In this document: positions 44,574 through 64,000 of the stretch, piece by piece
Layout: each line of letters starts with the position of its first letter
Numbering within the stretch: the stretch's first letter is position 1
Notes under the pieces: model-generated
Told to the model about the DNA's origin: nothing
Seen by the model: only the letters and a program-made list of their open reading frames with translations
Databases searched by the model: none
Assembly: GCA_963693365.1 (NCBI GenBank)
Contig: CAVNZM010000010.1
Coordinates: 3,718,159-3,782,158, forward strand
Direction: 5' to 3'
Length of the DNA: 64,000 bases
From: Amoebidium appalachense
Lineage: Eukaryota; Protista; Ichthyosporea
Program-made: the position numbers and the translations under genes

Positions 44574-46692
44574 ATGTCCGACTCACGACCCGCCCCACCT
44601 CGGGCGAGGCCCCAGGGCGTTTATAGACCCCCCAGGGCAGCTGCCACCTCATCCCCTCAGCCACCGAACGTGGCTAAAGCCCCCACACCCAACATTCCTA
44701 TAACGCAGACACAGGAGCGAGCATTGCCCAAGAGCAGACAGGAGGGCGACGCGGGGAGAGTGAACGAGAGTGGAAGACCCGCCACGGAAGGCACTTTGCC
44801 GAACGCGAGGGCAGGAGGGGTGGGAAGGTCAAGGCAACAAAAGAGGGAGGGCAACACGGATACAAGCAGAGCAAACACGACGAATTCGGGGCCCCCTCGC
44901 CCGCACATCCGTGGGGAAACGACTCATGGAAACGGGGGAGATCAGCAAAGAGTCCCAGGCGGTAAAATTTCTGCGAGCCCGGTGCTCCCGGTTGACCAGC
45001 GGGCGAAAGCTTCGGTGCAACAGGACAGGTCCAGAAATGAAAATCAACAACGGCAGCAGACGGCAAAACCGCAAGCGCAGTCACAGGAGCAAAATGGTGG
45101 GTTCCGGGGCGAAAAGCGGCAGAGAGCTGTGGGAGGCTCTAACACCAGCAGACAGCCCGCCCATCCGCAGGCGAACACAAAACAGCCAGGATTAGCCACA
45201 CCTCAGTCAACCGAGAATTTGAAGACTTCAACGGCCAAATTTTCCAGTTTCCCGCTAGCGCCTGAAACGGCTCGAGCACTGGCGGAAGGATTCAAGTACG
45301 ATTACATGACCACTGTCCAGGAGGCTGCTTTGCCTCACGTCTTGGCCGGGAAGGATGTGTTGGCCAAAGCGAAAACGGGAACGGGGAAGACCCTCGCTTT
45401 TCTTATCCCGGCCATAGAACGTGTGAAGGAGGAACGGGCAAAGGCACCGAGCGCCAAACCGCAGCGAAACCCAGCCCATATCTCCGTGTTGGTCCTGTCG
45501 CCTACGCGCGAATTGGCGGCGCAAATAGCGGCGGAGGGGAAGAGATTGCTTGAATTCCATGCGGGAATGTCGGTGGGGTGTGTGGTTGGGGGCACGAACA
45601 TTGAGACGGATAAACGGCTCCTGCTGCAACGCACACCTGACATCCTCGTAGCTACCCCTGGGCGTCTGAACGACCACTTGGAAAACACAAAGGGATGCGC
45701 AGCCCTGTTTTCCAGGCTCTCCATTCTCGTTCTCGACGAAGCGGATCGCATGTTGGATATGGGGTTCCGTCCCGACATCGAACGTATCCTCAAGCATCTG
45801 CCACGCACGGCAACACGCCAAACATTGCTGTTCTCAGCTACCGTCCCCAGTGGGCTTCAATCGGTTCTGGCGCTCGCGTTCGGAGACAACAAGTACGAAT
45901 TCGTCAACACGGTGCCACCGGAAGATGAAGACACGCATTTGCATGTCAAGCAGGAGTGGATGTCCGGTGCAACGTTCCAGGATCAGCTCGCCCTTTTGCT
46001 CGCGGAGATACAGAGCGAGGCGGCAGCTGCAGGGCCTGAGGGGTACAAGATCATTGTTTTCTTTACCACGGCGAGGGTCACCCAACTCGCGTCAGAGATT
46101 TTTCTGCGCATTGGGCATGCCGGTTCTGGAAATGCACTCGCGCAAATCGCAGGGACACAGGCAGCGCGTGGCGGACGAATTTCGAAACGGCACCAACAAG
46201 ATCATCTTTTCATCGGACGTGCTGGCCCGCGGCATGGATTTCCCGAACGTGAATTTGGTGATTCAGGTTGGCTTGACAGAGAGGGAGCAGTACATTCATC
46301 GCGTCGGCCGGACTGGGCGGGCAGGGAAGGGCGGTAGGGGGGTGCTCATTCTCGCGCCATTCGAAACAAGGTCGTGCCTAGCGGAGCTTTCAGATCTTCC
46401 CGTCGCCAACAGGCCATCGGTGCCTCCGGATGCGTCTTTGACGGTGATTAGGCGGGGGTTTTCGATGGTGGAAGGGAACAAGGATTTGAAACAGACCGCG
46501 GAGTCGGCGTATCAGGCTTGGCTGGGATTCTACAACAGCAACCTGAGAAAGGTGGGGTGGAGTAAGGAGACGTTGGTGAGGGAGGCGAACACCATTGCGC
46601 TTCAAATTGGGTTGAGGGAGCCGCCCACGCTGCAGAAGAAAACGGTGGGCAAGATGGGACTGAGGGGTACTCCTGGTTTGAGGGTGGCATAG
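44574..46692 (+). CDS. Intronless DEAD-box RNA helicase, Mss116/CYT-19/plant RH31-like, with one apparent extra T at 46099-46103
   Basis: Frame 1 has the Q motif MTTVQ, AKTGTGKT, SPTRELA, TPGRL, DEAD and SAT. The shifted frame has MHSRKSQ..R, SSDVLARGMDFP, YIHRVGRTGR, AYQAWLGFYNS and GKMGLRGTPGL, typical of the Mss116/RH31 group. Confidence 0.9.
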
Positions 46693-46773
46693 GGGCAGCG
46701 GTGGGTGTGTTTGTGCTATAGGCAGGGCCTTGGGCACACATGTCTCCGTGGGTGGGAGGGAGGGATTGGAAGG

Positions 46774-46805
<32 letters not shown>

Positions 46806-47698
46806 GCTTTTTTCTGTCCTTGTACGTATTTATATGTTTTTTGTTTTAGAGTCTTTTTCTTTTTCTTTTTTTAACTAGTTTTCCTCATTTATTTTCTCTT
46901 TTCTCTTTCGTTTTCTCGCAGGTAGGTTAGATTGTTGTGCTGTTTTGTAATTAATTTTCACTCTTTTCTTTTATTTTCTCGTAGGAATGCCGAAATGTTG
47001 TGCTATTATAAGCTTTGTGTGATAAACGCAAACATTGGGACTAAGAACCAGTCGTGGCTTTGATAACGTTTTCTTACTGTGTTTTAGTGTCTGTTTTGCT
47101 TGAGCAAGTCTACATCCCATTCTGATAATTTTGGGCATTTTTCAGTGTCATACTTAGCAGATATATAGGAGGGACCGGTCAAATGTTCTTACGCTTTTAG
47201 TAGACTACTTCTTCGAATCCTATCTGAGAATGCGTCAGAATATCCTGTACGAAAGCTATATTTATGCACGAATTATGCACGAAGTAGCTGTAAGTTACTG
47301 TGTGTATGATGGTTTGTCGTTTTTATATCAAAAATAACAAGTACTGTTGTAAAGTTTTCGGATCCAACCGTTTACTGCTGGTCATGTGTTTGCACGTGAC
47401 ACACCTGCATGCGCAGGGTACACTTGGTGATTCCTTCTTAAATCCAAGAACACAATCAACATATGATACCTACTTTTTTTCGTTTCTAAAAACCGATTCC
47501 ACTTAGAATATTGTTAGATTTCCATGGTTTTTTGTGACGGAATTTCATTTCCCAAAACGGAATGCAACATAAGAATTGTGTTGCTTGGTGTGATCCTCCC
47601 CCCCCCCCCCCCCCCCTCCCCCACCATCACCTTCCCCTTTCTACATATTTTTTTCCCTGGTGCTTTTTATTGGGCTGAGGGGAAGGGAAGAAGTGTGT

Positions 47699-47762
<64 letters not shown>

Positions 47763-48226
47763 GCATATGATACGGCAAGATCCGGTGAGTCGCCGATCAG
47801 CGGACCAGCTAGTGCACTTCCATATGCATGATCCTTTAGCGAGAGAGTCCGGTGAAGCCTTCTTTCTATTATGTTATCATTCTTGGTGACAGTGAGTGAA
47901 CGAGGTTCGCTTTTCGAAGTTTCACTAAGCGGCACAGCAAGTGTTTTATGTCACAGTAAGCATGTGCAAGAGTTCCACCTAATCGTGATAGCATGCACGC
48001 ACTGATGCTTTGTGATGTGCAAGGATGCATATGCTCTTGGCATTGACCGTGCACATGTGAATGTTGTGTTGGTGGTATAGCAGGGATACGACCTAAGGCC
48101 AGGCAAAGGCCCTAGGGATAGTTGTAAGCCAGAAGCAGAAAAAGAAGAAGTGGGTTGGTTGGTTAATTGTTTTTTTTTTTTTTTTTTTTTTTTTTTGCGG
48201 GGGGGGGAGTAGGGGAGAGAGAGAGG

Positions 48227-48394
<168 letters not shown>

Positions 48395-48578
48395 AGAAGA
48401 GAGAGGGGAGAGACTGAGAGAGAGAGGAGAGCGGAGGGAGGGAGGTACATTTAATAGAGGGAGAGGGAGAGGGAGAAGGAGAGGGAGTGGGAGTGGGAGA
48501 GGGAGGGAGAGGGAGAGGGAGAGGGTGAGGGAGAGGGTGAGGGAGAGGGAGAGGGAGAGGGAGAGGGAGAGGGAGAGG

Positions 48579-49232
48579 GAGAGATATATTGCCAAGGGGC
48601 GGGATGGGGGGGTGGGGACTGTCCGATCGAGGGGCCCGGGAAGCCAAAAGGTGGGACTCAAATAGTCACTCTGAGTGCTGTTGTCTCCCTGCAGCCCTTT
48701 CTTCTTCTTCTTCTTTTTTTTTTTTTTTTTTTGTAAGGCAGGGCCCGGCCACTTACGTAAGCCAGCGGGGCCGCCGCCGACATCGCCTTGGAGACTACTG
48801 TCACTGAGGACTGAAAAGGATAACGCAACTCTTACCAAGCGCGATAGCCCCGGGCCGGCGCCGGCGATGATCCCAGCCAGCGACCAATCAGCGTCAACTC
48901 TTTATTTCTGGTTGGGTTGATACCGAGAAACTCTTATCAACTTAAAACCGTAAGAAAAACCAATCATGTTAACCCAATAGCTTTACATCTGTTTTTTTAA
49001 TTTATCTGCAGAGAGATATATTGCCAAGGTGGGGGATGGGGGGGGTGGGGACTGTCCGATCGAGGGGCCCGGGAAGCCAAAAGGTGGGACTCAAATAGTC
49101 ACTCTGAGTGCTGTTGTCTCCCTGCAGCCCTTTCTTCTTCTTCTTCTTCTTTTTTTTTTTTTTGTAAGGCCGGGCCCGGCCACTTACGTAAGCCAGCGGG
49201 GCCGCCGACGACATAGCCTTGGAGACTACTGT
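48579..49232. repeat. ~222-bp direct repeat pair (48579-48801, 49011-49232) upstream of KPNB1
   Basis: Near-identical units from GAGAGATATATTGCCAAGG to GCCTTGGAGACTACTGT, each with CACTTACGTAAGCC. The spacer holds CCAAT boxes. Confidence 0.9.
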
Positions 49233-49938
49233 AGGACTCGCACAAGACACTAATCAGGCTTGTGTTTCACCGCAAAATCCGCGCCTTTTTTCAACTTCAC
49301 GATCTTGTCCCATGTGATGTCTCTGAAGTCCAAACCCTGCGACGTTCCCACGTTTGCGAGCGAGTTTGCTCAGTTGAATGTTACATGTTAGCTTCTTTTC
49401 CTCATCCCAGAATCTCAACACTCAAGATTTAGGATATCCTAGGAGAGGACGAGTGGGTGTTGGGTTTTGCTCGCTGCGTTCAAGGGGCCTAGCGCAGTTG
49501 ACCTATCATACACGGCCGACCTACAACACAGGCAACCCTCCCAGGTGTGACTTTATCTGGGGTCTCCCATGTCATTCTAAGTGATTCCCTCGCTGTTGGG
49601 CGCATTAAAACTGAGGCTGTGAGGGCTGTGGAAAGGTTGTCATCTGAGGCTCATGGTTTCTTCAAGAACCGGCTGTTTCAATTGAGCTGGGATGGCGTGA
49701 GAAGCACTTTGAGTTCTAGAGGCTCTGTGCAGTCTAGCGTGTGCTTTTGGGTGTGTGCGTGTTGTCACCACAGGGCAACTGCACGCGCGTGCGCGCGCAC
49801 GCGTGTGGGTGTGTGCGTGCGTGTGGTGTGTGTGTGTGTACACGCTCAAATACGTGTACATGTGTGCGCGCACGTGTGTGCGCATGCGTGTGTGTGTGTG
49901 TGTGTGTGCCTGTGTGTGTGTGTGTGTGCGTGCGTGTG

Positions 49939-50002
<64 letters not shown>

Positions 50003-50167
50003 TGTGCAAACCCTTATTCGTATGTGTGTATACACACCCGCATGTGCCTGTGGAGGTAGGCTTGCGGACAAGTTGAAGGGCGGGTTGGTGGATGGGTGTG
50101 TTGACGGATGTGCATGTGTCGATCCGTGGGCGAGTGCACGTAACTGTGAATGCACACGCGGACACAC

Positions 50168-50224
<57 letters not shown>

Positions 50225-50392
50225 TGTGTGTCTGTGTGTGTCTGTGCTTGTGTTTGAGGGAGAGGGGAAAGGTGGGGAGGGAGGGAGGTAGGAAGACGGG
50301 AACGGGCTGACGTTACAGCCAAATGGGAAGCACGTAGCAGCATGTGCTCATGTGTCTTCGGCACAGGGCTGAACAGGGAGTTGGCCGTAAAA

Positions 50393-63362
<12,970 letters not shown>

Positions 63363-63371
63363 GTACGTGCC

Positions 63372-63437
<66 letters not shown>

Positions 63438-63454
63438 CGCGCGCGCGCGCGCGC

Positions 63455-63545
<91 letters not shown>

Positions 63546-64000
63546 TGTGTGCTGGAGTGCATGTATGTGTGTGTGCAAAACTGTGTGTTCGTGCCTGCCT
63601 GCCCATCCGCATGCGCTGTTGTGCACACACCTCTGCTCGGGTGTTTGGGGAGAGGGATTCGTGTGTGTACACGTCCATGTGTGTATGTCTGTTCACATAT
63701 ACTTCAAAGAACGAGAGAGGAGGTAGGATGGGGTAGGGGGGGAATGGGGGAGGGGGGAGGAGGCGGGGCAGAAAATGGGAACAGGGGGGAAGTGAGGAGA
63801 TGGTTTTATAATCTGCACAGACCTATGAACGCACATGGCCTATTGCAATCTCGCCATTGCAATCTCCCCATTTCCATTTCATTTTCATCATGTGGTGTAT
63901 GTAAGAGCTCACACGTCTATTTATAGGGCCATGACGTCACGGACCGTCTGGTTCACTCTGAGGTTCAGAGTCTGCTGTGTGCCACCCTCCAGGTATAACC

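Overview
Eukaryotic genomic DNA, probably from an intron-rich opisthokont or unicellular holozoan (inferred from animal-like cyclin Y, SNX3 and importin-beta). Introns are packed with poly(C)/poly(G), (CA)n/(TG)n and (GCGT)n tracts, so most ORFs in the supplied track are low-complexity artefacts. Joining exons by hand (GT-AG, phase-consistent) gives eight genes: cyclin Y (-, partial), a small uncharacterised gene (+), sorting nexin 3 (-), a Spinster-like MFS transporter (+), an F-box protein (-), a large Ser/Pro-rich unknown protein (-), an intronless Mss116/RH31-type DEAD-box helicase (+, one frameshift) and importin beta-1 (+, runs off the window). The main non-genic signal is a dispersed repeat family of at least 15 copies. 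Every copy found is intronic, sense to its host gene, variably 5'-truncated and ends at a C-rich tract, and the longest copies keep a covarying stem structure. Other signals are complementary G/GT versus C/CA tracts bracketing many introns, echoes of exon ends and donor sites inside downstream introns, a hairpin-rich MITE-like insert, a ~2.2 kb inverted-repeat-bounded block, and a structured intergenic ncRNA candidate.
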